Of a DNA stretch of 64,000 nucleotides, positions 29,598-39,803 are shown piece after piece (the stretch's first letter is position 1; each line of letters starts with the position of its first letter). Origin of the DNA: an uncultured bacterium (lineage in GTDB: Bacteria > Patescibacteriota > JABMPQ01 > CAVVCK01); contig CAVVCK010000002.1 in NCBI GenBank assembly GCA_963746775.1, forward strand, positions 11,571 to 75,570. The letters run 5' to 3'. The position numbers and the translations under genes are program-made. A model generated the notes under the pieces. That model ran no database searches and was not told the DNA's origin. It saw only the letters and a list, made by a program, of their open reading frames with translations.

Positions 29598-31514
29598 TTA
29601 GAAGTTTCCCAATGCTATATCAACTCCTCCTCTAAATTTATCGCTATAAGCAAAAAAACTTAGTAAATCATAAGGCGTACCATCGGCTTCAAAAGCTCTG
29701 ACTTGTGGTCCGCCTAATTTAGCGGCACCGGTTAATATTTCTGCCTTGCCATCCCTATCAATATCTCCCATGTCTATAGTAGCCCCAAGAGGCACCTCCC
29801 CGTAAGCTTTCCATTCACCGCGCAATGTATGCTCAGAATTATACGAAAAAACTCGGCATAAAGATTCATCATTTGCCTTACAAACACCGATTTCATCTTT
29901 GCCGTCTCCATCGATATCTCCCGCAGCTACATTGATTCCTCCCTTGTAAGATTGATCAAAAGCAAAAAACTGAATAGGCAAAGGCGTACCATCAGCTTCA
30001 AATATTCTGACCTGTGGTCCCCCACCTTCTCCGGCACCTACTATTATTTCATCCTGGCCATCATAATCTACATCACCAAAAGCGATTGAGGCGCCAGATT
30101 TTACTTCACCAAAAGCATCCCACTGTCCAACCAATGTCTTATCATTATTATATCGATAAATTTTCACAGTAGCTTTTGCTCCTTGCTCTGGAACAATGCC
30201 GATTTCATCTTTGCCGTCTCCATCGATATCTCCCGCAGCCACATTAATACCCATATTATCACTGGGATTAAAAGGCCACAATTCAATTCCTCGGGGGGTT
30301 CCGTCAGCTTCAAAAATACGCACCTGTGGACCGCCACCTTTCTTGGGAGCAGTAATAATTTCATCCTGACCATCGGCGTCAACATCTCCGGCAGCAATAT
30401 TAACTCCTCTCCTGAAATTTTCCGGATAAGGAAATAATTTATTGGGATCAGCTTGGGGTGTTCCATTTAAATCAAATACTCTAACGTGCGGACCTCCTCC
30501 TGGACCAGCCGCGGTAGCTATTTTCAAAATATCCCCAGTCAGATTAGCAGGTATGTCTTTATACCAACTCCAAGCAGCGCGTGGATTCATGTTTGTATCT
30601 AGTAAGCCAAAATTATTTTCGTAATTACCACGGTAATCATAATTTCTAATATTATATAAAAATATTCTTTCAATAAAACCTGTATTTAGAACTTGGGAAA
30701 CTGTATTTTGTAAATACTTTTTTTGGGCATTTTCATCTATTCCCTCCATTCCAGTTGAACAGCCAAGCTCTGTAATCCAAGCTTTCTTTCCGGGAGTGTA
30801 TTTATTAACAACACTTTTAAAACTGTTTAGGTCTTCTAATAATTTATGATTATTCCCATCATCTCTATAATAACCGCAATAATAAATATGAAAATTAATC
30901 GCATCATATTTATTGGTCTGACTAGCTATGCCTTCCATGAAATTATTATCAGGGTTAGCCAAGCCTCCTATTAAGACAGTAGCCTTAGGATCAATTAATT
31001 TTATAGTATCATAAGCAGAATTTAACATAGGCACATAATAATTCGGACTAGTGGGTACTAAATAATCAGGTGAATCTGGTTCATTCCAAATTTCCCAAAC
31101 GTCAACGTATTCATTATATCTAGCTACGACTGATCGAACATATTCCTCCCAAACATCTGGGTGAGGAGGGGTGAAGACACCATGATCAGGACCGTAAGCT
31201 AGAACGCCCACTACTTTAATTCCTAATTCTTCATATTCCTTCATAATAGAATCATATCTATCCAGCCAAAGATGGCCTTTATCGCCCAATATAGCTTCGG
31301 TAGAAAAATGCTCACGTACCCATTTGGTATTACTTTCCCGAAGCCTATATCTATATTGATCTTCTAGTCCGGAAGCGCCTAGCGTCCAGTGAACGTTGAG
31401 GCCTACTTCGTTTTTGGAAGGACTAAAAAATGCTTGGGCATTTTTAGAACCAATTAAAGAAAAAACAAAAACTATTATTAACAAAAAAACTAAATATTTT
31501 TTAAATATTTTCAT
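29598..31514 (-). CDS. Secreted clan-A glycoside hydrolase (GH39/GH5-like) with FG-GAP-like C-terminal repeats
   Basis: WEIWNEPD (acid/base), WITELG (nucleophile); GPGGGPHVRVF and AAGDIDGDGKDEI repeats. Confidence 0.85.
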   Translation of the reverse strand: MKIFKKYLVFLLIIVFVFSLIGSKNAQAFFSPSKNEVGLNVHWTLGASGLEDQYRYRLRESNTKWVREHFSTEAILGDKGHLWLDRYDSIMKEYEELGIKVVGVLAYGPDHGVFTPPHPDVWEEYVRSVVARYNEYVDVWEIWNEPDSPDYLVPTSPNYYVPMLNSAYDTIKLIDPKATVLIGGLANPDNNFMEGIASQTNKYDAINFHIYYCGYYRDDGNNHKLLEDLNSFKSVVNKYTPGKKAWITELGCSTGMEGIDENAQKKYLQNTVSQVLNTGFIERIFLYNIRNYDYRGNYENNFGLLDTNMNPRAAWSWYKDIPANLTGDILKIATAAGPGGGPHVRVFDLNGTPQADPNKLFPYPENFRRGVNIAAGDVDADGQDEIITAPKKGGGPQVRIFEADGTPRGIELWPFNPSDNMGINVAAGDIDGDGKDEIGIVPEQGAKATVKIYRYNNDKTLVGQWDAFGEVKSGASIAFGDVDYDGQDEIIVGAGEGGGPQVRIFEADGTPLPIQFFAFDQSYKGGINVAAGDIDGDGKDEIGVCKANDESLCRVFSYNSEHTLRGEWKAYGEVPLGATIDMGDIDRDGKAEILTGAAKLGGPQVRAFEADGTPYDLLSFFAYSDKFRGGVDIALGNF

Positions 31515-31680
31515 GGTAATATTACTTATATAATATTACTTATTTTAGCAGATTTAAATTTAGATTTCAATTGAATATAGAGAATAAATGTAGTGAAGAG
31601 GGATTTTGGATAATGTTAGGGATGTGTGGAGTTTTGTAGTAAGGAGGCTTGTTTTGGGTGGTGGTAGAGGGGTTAGGGGT

Positions 31681-31717
31681 TTACCCAGTTAGATAATTTC
31701 AAATCTAACGGGGTGAA
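31681..31717. repeat. Short palindromic element at the left edge of the RM island
   Basis: ttacccagttagat...atctaacggggtgaa imperfect inverted repeat. Confidence 0.6.
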
Positions 31718-31811
31718 TGCTTGAAGTTCAAAACTCCTTATTTCTTTTCAAATAACAGGCAAAAGGGAAAGGGTTTAAAGGGAAGGAATTTTTGACTTTT
31801 TGTTTGGATTC

Positions 31812-34745
31812 TTATTTTAATTTTTTATAGACTTTCTCAAACATTTTCTCTTTAACAAACTTTCCAAACTCTGCATTTTCTACAATTTTTTTGTAAATAT
31901 CAAAATTGGATTCAACCATAGTATGCAATTGATCCTCAAAGATATGTGCGAAAACAAGCTTGAGTGCGTCTTTGGTGTTTGTTTTAGCGCTTTGGCTCAA
32001 TGTTTCATTCCCAGATAATCTTGTTTGTAATTCGGCAAAAAACACCTTGTCGCCTTCGGTAAAGTCGGTGCCAAATCGCTCGTTCACCTCATTAATTATG
32101 CGCGACAAAAATTCTTTTTCTTCGCCTGCACCTTTTCCTGTTCCCAATCCTTCAATCGGTTTCAATTCACCGGTCTTTTTTTCGAGCTCAATGTTTCCAC
32201 TGGAAATTTGCTGGATGCGATAAGTGTCCATATTCACATTGTCGGTAATTTCCACTGGCAATCTTTCTTTTTCGGCAGGTAATTTACGCCCAAGCATCCG
32301 CAAAAATGCATATAACTTTTCCAAATTTACATCCTTAAACGAGACAATCTGCGACAAAAAAGCATACATGCGAACATAGTTTTTTAATTGATCGCGAAAA
32401 TCAATTTTCTCTTTTTTCTCGCGCTTCAAGTATTCTTCAACAATCGGATCCAAAAGTGGATGCAGTTTTTCTTGCGTTGCTCCGCGTTTGAAAAATACTT
32501 TGGCGAAAGTTTCAACATCATTTTTGGCAAAAATACCAAAATCAAGCAGATTGCGCTCCAAATCATAAAGCTTGTTTGGGTCGGTGGCTTTGGTCAAAAT
32601 AGCTTTGTCATAATACGGCTGAAACGCTTTTTGAATTTCTTCTTCATAATTGGCAAAATCCAAAACCATCGTGTCTTCTTTGCCTTTAGTAGTGCGGTTG
32701 AGCCGGCTCAAAGTTTGCACGGCCATTACGCCACCCAATTTTTTATCAACATACATTGTATGCAAGAGCGGCTGGTCGAATCCGGTTTGGAATTTATTTG
32801 CTACAATCAAAATTTTAAATTCCGGTAATTTGAAGGTGTCGGCGGTGAGCTTATCGCTTCGCAGTCCATTCATGCCGGCTTCGGTATATTCTTTTCCACC
32901 GTCAGTTACCGTGCCGGAAAACGCCACCAAGGTTTTGATCGGGTATTTATGCTCTTTAATATATTGGTCAAAAGCAAGTTTGTAGCGTACCGCATGCAAG
33001 CGTGAACGGGAAACAATCATCGCTTTAGCGTAGCCGTCAATTTTGCGCGTAGTGTGCGATAAATAATGCTCAATAATTAATTCTGTTTTTTTTCCAATAG
33101 CATGATCATGTAATTCCACATATCCCTTCAAAAGCGCGATGCCTTTTTTCTTTTCATATTGCGGATCTTCTTCGGTTTTTTTAATCAAATTAAAGTAAGT
33201 CTGGAAAGTGGTGTAATTTTTGAGCACATCTAAAATAAAACCTTCTTCAATTGCTTGTCGCATTGAATACAAGTGAAACGGCTCAAAAGTTCCATCGGCT
33301 TTTTGGGTGCCGAAAATTTGCATGGTTTTATCTTTTGGTGTGGCGGTAAAGGCAAAGAAGCTGATATTTTTCTGTCTGCCTCGGCTAGATAATTCAGACA
33401 AAATCGCATCTTCGCTCGTCAATTCTTCTTCGCTCTCATTTTCCGCTTCGGCTTCTTCCAACGACCCAAGCGCTTTTTTCAAACTCTTGGTACTCTCGCC
33501 CGATTGTGAAGAGTGTGCCTCGTCAATAATCACAGCAAATTTTTTGCCTCCTTGCTTTGCAAGCTCATCAACAATGTAGGGAAATTTATGCAAAGTGGAA
33601 ACAATGATTTTTTTGCCGGATTCCAGCGCTTCTTTAAGTTGTTTTGAATGTTCGTCAATCGCCGCAACTACACCCTCCACTTGCGCGAATTGCCTAACTT
33701 CATCGCGAAGCTGTTTATCAATTACGCGCCGATCGGAAATAACGATTGCTGTATCAAAAATTTTCTGATCATTGGCATCGTGTAAACTGGAAAGTTTGTG
33801 AGCAAGCCATGAAATTGTTTTTGTCTTTCCGCTTCCGGCGCTGTGCTGAATGAGATATTGCTGACCGGCTCCGTACTCTCGCGCATGAGCCACCATTTTG
33901 CGCAACGCGTCCAACTGATGATAGCGCGGAAAAATAAGCGTCTCTTTTTCTTTTTGATTACCTTCCTCGTCCGTTGTCTTTTCAATAGATACGAGCATAA
34001 ATTCGGCAATAATCTGAAGCAAGCTGTCTTTTTGCAAAACTTCTTCCCATAGATACGCGCTCTTGAACCCGCTCGAATTCACCGGATTGCCAGCGCCGTT
34101 TTCAAAACCTTTGTTAAACGGCAAAAAGAATGTGGATTTGCCAGCCAAATGCGTGGTCATATACACCAAGTCATTATCCACGGCGAAATGCACCAAACAG
34201 CGCTTGAAAGCAAACAAATCCTCACGCTGGTCGCGGTCATAGCGATATTGTTTGATTGCGTCCTGTACATTTTGTCCGGTCAAATAGTTTTTCAGCTCCA
34301 GCGTGGAAATCGGCAAACCGTTCAAGAAAATCACCGTATCCAGCGACTTGCCGTCTTTTTGGCTAAACTTCACCTGTCGCATTATAGAAAAAATATTATT
34401 TTGATGTAAAAGCGCGTGTTCCGGATTCAAAGTGCTCTCGGGCGCGAAATAAACAAGCTGAAAGCGCGAACCGTAATCGGCAAAACCTTTGCGAAATACA
34501 TCTAAAATCCCGCGCGATTCAATCTCGGTTTTAAGACGATAGACAAATTTTGATTTTACTTCTTCGCCGTGCTGTTCTTTGAGTTTCTCCCATTCTTTTG
34601 GCTGGGTGGCGTAGATAAATTCAAAAAGCATTTCCTCGTCCATGCAAGATTCGGCGTTATAATTTTTTGGCTCGCGCGCACGATAGCCGGAAGCGGTCAA
34701 AACCGTTTCAATATGCGCTTCAAATGATTTTTCTGATGTATCCAT
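31812..34745 (-). CDS. hsdR: Type I restriction enzyme R subunit
   Basis: D..IFLNGLPI..LELK nuclease motif, QHSAGSGKT, DEAHSSQ, FTATP, GFDQP, QTLSRLNR. Confidence 0.96.
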   Translation of the reverse strand: MDTSEKSFEAHIETVLTASGYRAREPKNYNAESCMDEEMLFEFIYATQPKEWEKLKEQHGEEVKSKFVYRLKTEIESRGILDVFRKGFADYGSRFQLVYFAPESTLNPEHALLHQNNIFSIMRQVKFSQKDGKSLDTVIFLNGLPISTLELKNYLTGQNVQDAIKQYRYDRDQREDLFAFKRCLVHFAVDNDLVYMTTHLAGKSTFFLPFNKGFENGAGNPVNSSGFKSAYLWEEVLQKDSLLQIIAEFMLVSIEKTTDEEGNQKEKETLIFPRYHQLDALRKMVAHAREYGAGQQYLIQHSAGSGKTKTISWLAHKLSSLHDANDQKIFDTAIVISDRRVIDKQLRDEVRQFAQVEGVVAAIDEHSKQLKEALESGKKIIVSTLHKFPYIVDELAKQGGKKFAVIIDEAHSSQSGESTKSLKKALGSLEEAEAENESEEELTSEDAILSELSSRGRQKNISFFAFTATPKDKTMQIFGTQKADGTFEPFHLYSMRQAIEEGFILDVLKNYTTFQTYFNLIKKTEEDPQYEKKKGIALLKGYVELHDHAIGKKTELIIEHYLSHTTRKIDGYAKAMIVSRSRLHAVRYKLAFDQYIKEHKYPIKTLVAFSGTVTDGGKEYTEAGMNGLRSDKLTADTFKLPEFKILIVANKFQTGFDQPLLHTMYVDKKLGGVMAVQTLSRLNRTTKGKEDTMVLDFANYEEEIQKAFQPYYDKAILTKATDPNKLYDLERNLLDFGIFAKNDVETFAKVFFKRGATQEKLHPLLDPIVEEYLKREKKEKIDFRDQLKNYVRMYAFLSQIVSFKDVNLEKLYAFLRMLGRKLPAEKERLPVEITDNVNMDTYRIQQISSGNIELEKKTGELKPIEGLGTGKGAGEEKEFLSRIINEVNERFGTDFTEGDKVFFAELQTRLSGNETLSQSAKTNTKDALKLVFAHIFEDQLHTMVESNFDIYKKIVENAEFGKFVKEKMFEKVYKKLK

Positions 34746-34749
34746 AGTA

Positions 34750-35436
34750 TTAAGATTTTATAAGTTCAAATAATTCTTTTACATGTTTCCAATGAATTCC
34801 ACGAAAAATATTTGCGCTACCCGCCTGGTCAGATATTGAATTTGCAAGCACCGCGATTATTTTAGTCAAATCTCTTTTTAGTACAATTGGAGCGCCGGAG
34901 TATCCTCCAGCAACAGCGCCTGATATTTGTATTGTCTTTGGTAAAGTATCCTCCAATATCTCAGTCCCTACTAACCCTTCTGCATAAGTTGGTGTATGCC
35001 TTGCATTTAACAAAGCATTACCAAATGGAAATCCGGCATAAGCCACATCTTCACCCACGCTTATTGTTTCTTCACAAATATCAAGTCCAGATAAAACTTG
35101 TTGCATAAGGTAATTTTCATCTGCTTCGATATTCAAAATTGCCAGATCATGGATATAATCTAAAATTGATATGGTTGCTTTTTTATATTCAACGCCATTA
35201 CCACCGACTACCAACATACCTGAAACCTCAACGGGTGCGCCTATAATATCTTGGACAACATGAGCACATGTGATAAAAGCTTTTTTATCTTTCAGCCAAA
35301 ATCCCGTTCCTTTGATTGTTAATTTTGGGGGCAAAAAATCATTAGTTTGTGGGTTAAACTGTGGTTTAATTATGCCAACAGTTCTTACGGCGCTACATAC
35401 ATAAGGTGCATTGTTTGTTGTTTGGTTCGCTGTCAT
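34750..35436 (-). CDS. Stand-alone trypsin-like (S1) serine protease
   Basis: GTGF, TCAHVV (His), HDLAIL (Asp), GYSGAP (Ser), AGFPFG; no signal peptide or PDZ domain. Confidence 0.88.
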   Translation of the reverse strand: MTANQTTNNAPYVCSAVRTVGIIKPQFNPQTNDFLPPKLTIKGTGFWLKDKKAFITCAHVVQDIIGAPVEVSGMLVVGGNGVEYKKATISILDYIHDLAILNIEADENYLMQQVLSGLDICEETISVGEDVAYAGFPFGNALLNARHTPTYAEGLVGTEILEDTLPKTIQISGAVAGGYSGAPIVLKRDLTKIIAVLANSISDQAGSANIFRGIHWKHVKELFELIKS

Positions 35437-35446
35437 ATTATTTTAA

Positions 35447-36727
35447 TTAAATTTTAATTTTACCAGTCACGGCATTAGTAATAAGAGCTTGGCGATATTC
35501 TTGCAGTTTTTCAATTTGCATTTCCACCTTTTTCATCATCTCATTAATCTTCGCCGTCTCACGGTCTATATAATCAATAATTTTTTGCTGTTCCTCTCTT
35601 GATGGATACGCAACCTGCAAAGTTTTTATAAACTCCCATTCGGCACGGGGCATTTTTGCGCCCTGTGTTGAAGAATCAATATAATTTATGAAATCAGCGG
35701 TCAATATCCTATGAAGTAAAAACTTATTTATTAAAAATTTGTTTGTTCTAAAAACAAGCGCTTCGCCGACACACAAGCCATCTCGTTCAGTAATCATAGC
35801 TTTAGCAAGATATGGTCTCAATTTACCGAACAAAACATCTCCGGCAATAAATTTTTTTAGATCTCCTTCTGGGGATTTTTGATTTTCCGGTGATACAAAT
35901 TTTCCAGACCAGCTCTCTATATTTTCCAAAGCAATAATAAGATCGCTTTTGTCGTCATCGGTTGCTTTATCTACAACATTTTTTAAAAGGTAGTTTAATC
36001 GCTTCACTTTCCACCCTTCAGGAATATCTCCTAGCCAATCAATGCCGGAAGGTTTCATTTTTGCTTTTGTATCAATGCCTTTGGTCACGGCGTGCGTAAT
36101 CAGTGCTTGGCGCTTTTCTTTAAGCAAATCAATCATCTTTTGCTTTTTCGCCACCATCTCATCAATTTTCGCCGTCTCTCGGTCGAGAAAATCAGCGATA
36201 GATTTTTGCACCGTTTTTTCCGGGAAAGGAAAAATAATTTGTTTTAATTTTGGCGGTCTAATCTCAAAAATAGTTGTACCGACTGAAATAGCATTTAAAT
36301 AATCTTTCAGGATTTTTAAAGTATAAAATAAATATTTTGTGAATATTTTTTCATTTACTTTAATACCGGCAATACCTTGTTTTGTTGTGAGTGGAATATT
36401 CGCTATTCCAACTTCACCTATTGTTGCTCCAAAAGAGATAATAATATCGCCAACATCCCAAATCTTCGCGTTTGATTCCTTATAACCCTTTTCGCTAATT
36501 TTTTCTTTAGTCTCGTTTATTTCATCTTTAATATCGTCGACAACCAGCCAATTTATATCGCCGTCAAAATTATCAGCCTCACTACGAGAAGGCGTTCCAC
36601 CATCTTCAATAGCCCAGCTCAAATATTTCAACTTGCATTCTTCCCATCCCGCAGGAATATCTCCCAGCCAGTCAATGCCGGATGGTTTATATTTGGAATA
36701 TGTTTTGTATTTTGTCGCGGTAATCAT
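35447..36727 (-). CDS. hsdS: Type I RM specificity subunit
   Basis: Two KPSGIDWLGDIP.GW / LDRETAKID..RQALIT.AVT conserved regions flanking two TRDs. Confidence 0.96.
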   Translation of the reverse strand: MITATKYKTYSKYKPSGIDWLGDIPAGWEECKLKYLSWAIEDGGTPSRSEADNFDGDINWLVVDDIKDEINETKEKISEKGYKESNAKIWDVGDIIISFGATIGEVGIANIPLTTKQGIAGIKVNEKIFTKYLFYTLKILKDYLNAISVGTTIFEIRPPKLKQIIFPFPEKTVQKSIADFLDRETAKIDEMVAKKQKMIDLLKEKRQALITHAVTKGIDTKAKMKPSGIDWLGDIPEGWKVKRLNYLLKNVVDKATDDDKSDLIIALENIESWSGKFVSPENQKSPEGDLKKFIAGDVLFGKLRPYLAKAMITERDGLCVGEALVFRTNKFLINKFLLHRILTADFINYIDSSTQGAKMPRAEWEFIKTLQVAYPSREEQQKIIDYIDRETAKINEMMKKVEMQIEKLQEYRQALITNAVTGKIKI

Positions 36728-36729
36728 AA

Positions 36730-38760
36730 TTAAATATCCGTTAGCATTTTGGCGATTTCATCTTCCAATTTTTTAATATCACCGCCAATTTCATCAAGAG
36801 GACGGAGCGGTTTGTATTCGTAAAAATAGCGGGTAAAGCTAATTTCATAACCCACCTTACCAATTTTGCCGTCTTTGTGATCGCAATATTTTTTATCATC
36901 GCTAATCCATGCGTCCGGAACATGAGGCAAAACTTCGCGCGTAAAATAAGTTTTAATATCCTCGCCGAGCGGGACATTTTCGTAATCGCGCAAATCTACA
37001 TCCGGTTCCGGTTTACCTTTTTTGTCGGTAATAACATCAGCTGTTTCATCGCGTTCGGAAAGTCCCTTGAGAATGGCTTTTTTGACCGGCGCGTCCAGTT
37101 TGAGATCAGCTTTTTTGAAAGTCGCTTCTAAAACTTCAACAAACTTGTCTTGATTTTTATAAAGTGTGTCACCAATGGTGGCAAGCGCTTTTTGAATAGA
37201 TATTTGGAGTGCAAAGCCGGCTTTTTCTTCTTCCAGTTTTTTGAGCGGATCGCGCTTTTTGCTTTTGGCAAGATTTTGAAAAGCGGATTCGGTTTTTAAT
37301 TTTTCTAAACGTTCGGCGCTGGCTTGAAAATTCAGTTTGAGCGGGCGTTCAATCGTGATTTTGCGATAACCGAAAAATTCATTCGGGAACACTTTGACGA
37401 TTTTGCTCTTTTCGCCATCCAAAGTAAGTTCGGTAATTTTTTGGATTTGCTCGTCAGAAATGACATTGCGTTTGTCTCCCAAGCTCTTGCGCATTTTTTC
37501 GTAGAGATCAGCTGCATTGATGAGTTTTACTTTGCCTTTGTGATGATCTTTTTTGCGATTGGTCAGGACCCAAATATAAGTATGAATGCCTGTGTTATAA
37601 AAAAGTTGGTTTGGCAGAGCAATGATTGTCTCCAGTAAATCATTCTCAATAATCCATCTGCGAATTTCGCTTTCACCGCTTCCCGCATCACCTGTAAAGA
37701 GCGGCGATCCGTTCATAACAATAGCGATACGGCTACCACCATTTTTAGGCTTCATTTTAGCAAGCATTGTTTGGAGGAAAAGCAACTGACCGTCGCTAAT
37801 GCGCGGAAGGCCAGCGCCAAATCGTCCTTGAAACCCAAGTTCTGCTTCTTTTTCTATTTCCTTTTGGTCTTTCTTCCATTCCTTGCCATAGGGCGGATTG
37901 GAAAGCATATAATCAAACGTTTGACCGAAGAGATGATCATGCGAAAGTGTAGAGCCGAATTTGATATTATCGGCGTTTTCGCCCTTGATAAGTAGGTCGG
38001 ATTTGGCAACGGCAAAAGTTTCTGGATTCACTTCTTGACCAAACATTTCCACTTGAGCCGTATCGTTTACGCTTTCCAAAATCCATTCTTTGGCTTCGGT
38101 AAGCATGCCGCCGCTTCCGCAAGCCGGATCATAAATGGTTTTGATAATGCGTTGTCTTTTTAAAATTTCCAAATCCGGAGAAAACAGAAGATTGACCATC
38201 AAACGAATAATTTCGCGGGGAGTAAAGTGTTCTCCTGGATTTTCGTTTGAGGCTTCGTTAAATTTACGAATCAATTCTTCAAAAACATAACCCATCGCCA
38301 AATTGCTTACACGATCAGGATGCATTTCGACTTCGCTAAATTGTTCTATAACTTGGTAGGTGAGATTCGCTTCTTCAAGCGCGTCAATTTGCGTGTTGAA
38401 TTTGAACTTATCAATTATTTCGCGCATGAGTGGACTATACGCGTTGATATACAGACGAAGGTTTTTGCCGATATTTTTCGGATCGTCTAAAAGTTTTTTG
38501 AAATCATATTGCGAAGTATTATAAAAATTGTATCCGCTCGCTTTTTTCAAAATACCGTCCATGTCTTCCAGCTTGCCTTTGTATTTTTCATACTTCACCA
38601 AAACATCGGCTTTGGTATCTTCAAGCGCGGCATCAAGACGGCGCAAAACGGTTAGAGGCAAAATAACATCCGGATATTTTGCGCGCTTAAAGTCATCGCG
38701 TAAAAGATTTGCGATGCTCCAGATAAAATTGACGATTTGTTGGTGGTTATTTTGGTTCAT
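36730..38760 (-). CDS. hsdM: Type I RM N6-adenine methyltransferase
   Basis: GEHFTPRE, YDPACGSGGML, NPPY, LFYNTGI. Confidence 0.96.
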   Translation of the reverse strand: MNQNNHQQIVNFIWSIANLLRDDFKRAKYPDVILPLTVLRRLDAALEDTKADVLVKYEKYKGKLEDMDGILKKASGYNFYNTSQYDFKKLLDDPKNIGKNLRLYINAYSPLMREIIDKFKFNTQIDALEEANLTYQVIEQFSEVEMHPDRVSNLAMGYVFEELIRKFNEASNENPGEHFTPREIIRLMVNLLFSPDLEILKRQRIIKTIYDPACGSGGMLTEAKEWILESVNDTAQVEMFGQEVNPETFAVAKSDLLIKGENADNIKFGSTLSHDHLFGQTFDYMLSNPPYGKEWKKDQKEIEKEAELGFQGRFGAGLPRISDGQLLFLQTMLAKMKPKNGGSRIAIVMNGSPLFTGDAGSGESEIRRWIIENDLLETIIALPNQLFYNTGIHTYIWVLTNRKKDHHKGKVKLINAADLYEKMRKSLGDKRNVISDEQIQKITELTLDGEKSKIVKVFPNEFFGYRKITIERPLKLNFQASAERLEKLKTESAFQNLAKSKKRDPLKKLEEEKAGFALQISIQKALATIGDTLYKNQDKFVEVLEATFKKADLKLDAPVKKAILKGLSERDETADVITDKKGKPEPDVDLRDYENVPLGEDIKTYFTREVLPHVPDAWISDDKKYCDHKDGKIGKVGYEISFTRYFYEYKPLRPLDEIGGDIKKLEDEIAKMLTDI

Positions 38761-38800
38761 AATAGATAATTTGTTATTTAAATTGTATATGTTTTCCCCT

Positions 38801-38862
38801 TATAAATAAACCGTTTTTATAGCCCCACTATGCAACAGAATAGACTCCGCGAAGAAAACACC
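38801..38862. repeat. 62-bp imperfect direct repeat, copy 1 (upstream of hsdM)
   Basis: Ungapped match to 39804-39865, 50/62 identical by hand count. Confidence 0.85.
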
Positions 38863-38865
38863 TTA

Positions 38866-39762
38866 TTAACTTCCTTCAAAAAAATCTTCATCAATTTCTT
38901 TTACTTCATAAATATTACTTATTTGTAAACCAACTTTATATTCATGCATTAAATTTACAAGATTATTTCCATCGATAAGAATTATTTTATGATGAGCTTC
39001 ACGGGCTTTTTTTATAGCCGAATCATCAAAAGTTGATGTAGTTACAAAAATACCCTTCGTAGTATCTCCACTCATTGCTCCGATAAAGTTACGAATCTCT
39101 TTTTCGCGAACCTTATTTTCATTGTAACGCTTTGCTTGAATATAAATTTTTTCGAGACCAAGTTTGTCCTCATTGATAATCCCATCAATTCCACCATCTC
39201 CAGATTTTGCAGTCTCAACAAAATCACCATACCCCATTTTTTTAAGAAGTATTAAAATTACTTTTTCAAAGTAATAAGGATCAATACTTTTTAATTTTTC
39301 TAATAATTCTGTTTCTACTTGTCTTTCAATCTTAGAAAAACCCGAGTCTATTAAATCTTGAGGAGAAGCATTTTCAATGTCTGAATTATTGTCTATAGAT
39401 TCTATTTCTTTTTCAACTTTTTTGTTATTCTCATATTCTAAATAATCTGGATCATTTTTTAAGTCTTTTAATGTAAGTTTTCCAAGAGCAAGAATCTTTT
39501 TACCTTTTTCTGTTATTTTAACCATCGCACGCTCTGGCTGTTCAATCATTTTAGCTTGTTTTAAATATCCTTTCCCCCATCCTATACGATTTAATATTAA
39601 AGGATCTCCACTTTTAGTTTTTTGTGTTAAAAGTTCTTGAGGTAAATCAGAATAATATTTATCTCGAACTCTTTTACGTAATTCATTATAGTGTAAAACT
39701 TCACCATCGGATAAAACTTCTAAAATAGGTATAAATGTTTCGTGAAATTTTGGTAAATCCAT
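38866..39762 (-). CDS. mrr: Mrr-family (type IV) restriction endonuclease
   Basis: Mrr_N winged helix (NRIGWGKGYL); FEK..LL..MGY, SGDGGIDG, IQAKRY, FVTTS.F. Confidence 0.93.
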   Translation of the reverse strand: MDLPKFHETFIPILEVLSDGEVLHYNELRKRVRDKYYSDLPQELLTQKTKSGDPLILNRIGWGKGYLKQAKMIEQPERAMVKITEKGKKILALGKLTLKDLKNDPDYLEYENNKKVEKEIESIDNNSDIENASPQDLIDSGFSKIERQVETELLEKLKSIDPYYFEKVILILLKKMGYGDFVETAKSGDGGIDGIINEDKLGLEKIYIQAKRYNENKVREKEIRNFIGAMSGDTTKGIFVTTSTFDDSAIKKAREAHHKIILIDGNNLVNLMHEYKVGLQISNIYEVKEIDEDFFEGS

Positions 39763-39803
39763 ATTTTTTAGACTATTTTGTAAAAGTATATTCTTTTTTG
39801 TTT

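Noticed and set aside
35447-36727. hsdS internal repeats as a phase-variable shufflon
   Set aside because: These are the normal direct repeats of HsdS; there is no silent hsdS copy or invertase.
31960-38809. Many short antisense ORFs over hsdR/S/M (and similar ones over other genes)
   Set aside because: Shadow ORFs with no recognisable motifs; they are more frequent where GC is higher.
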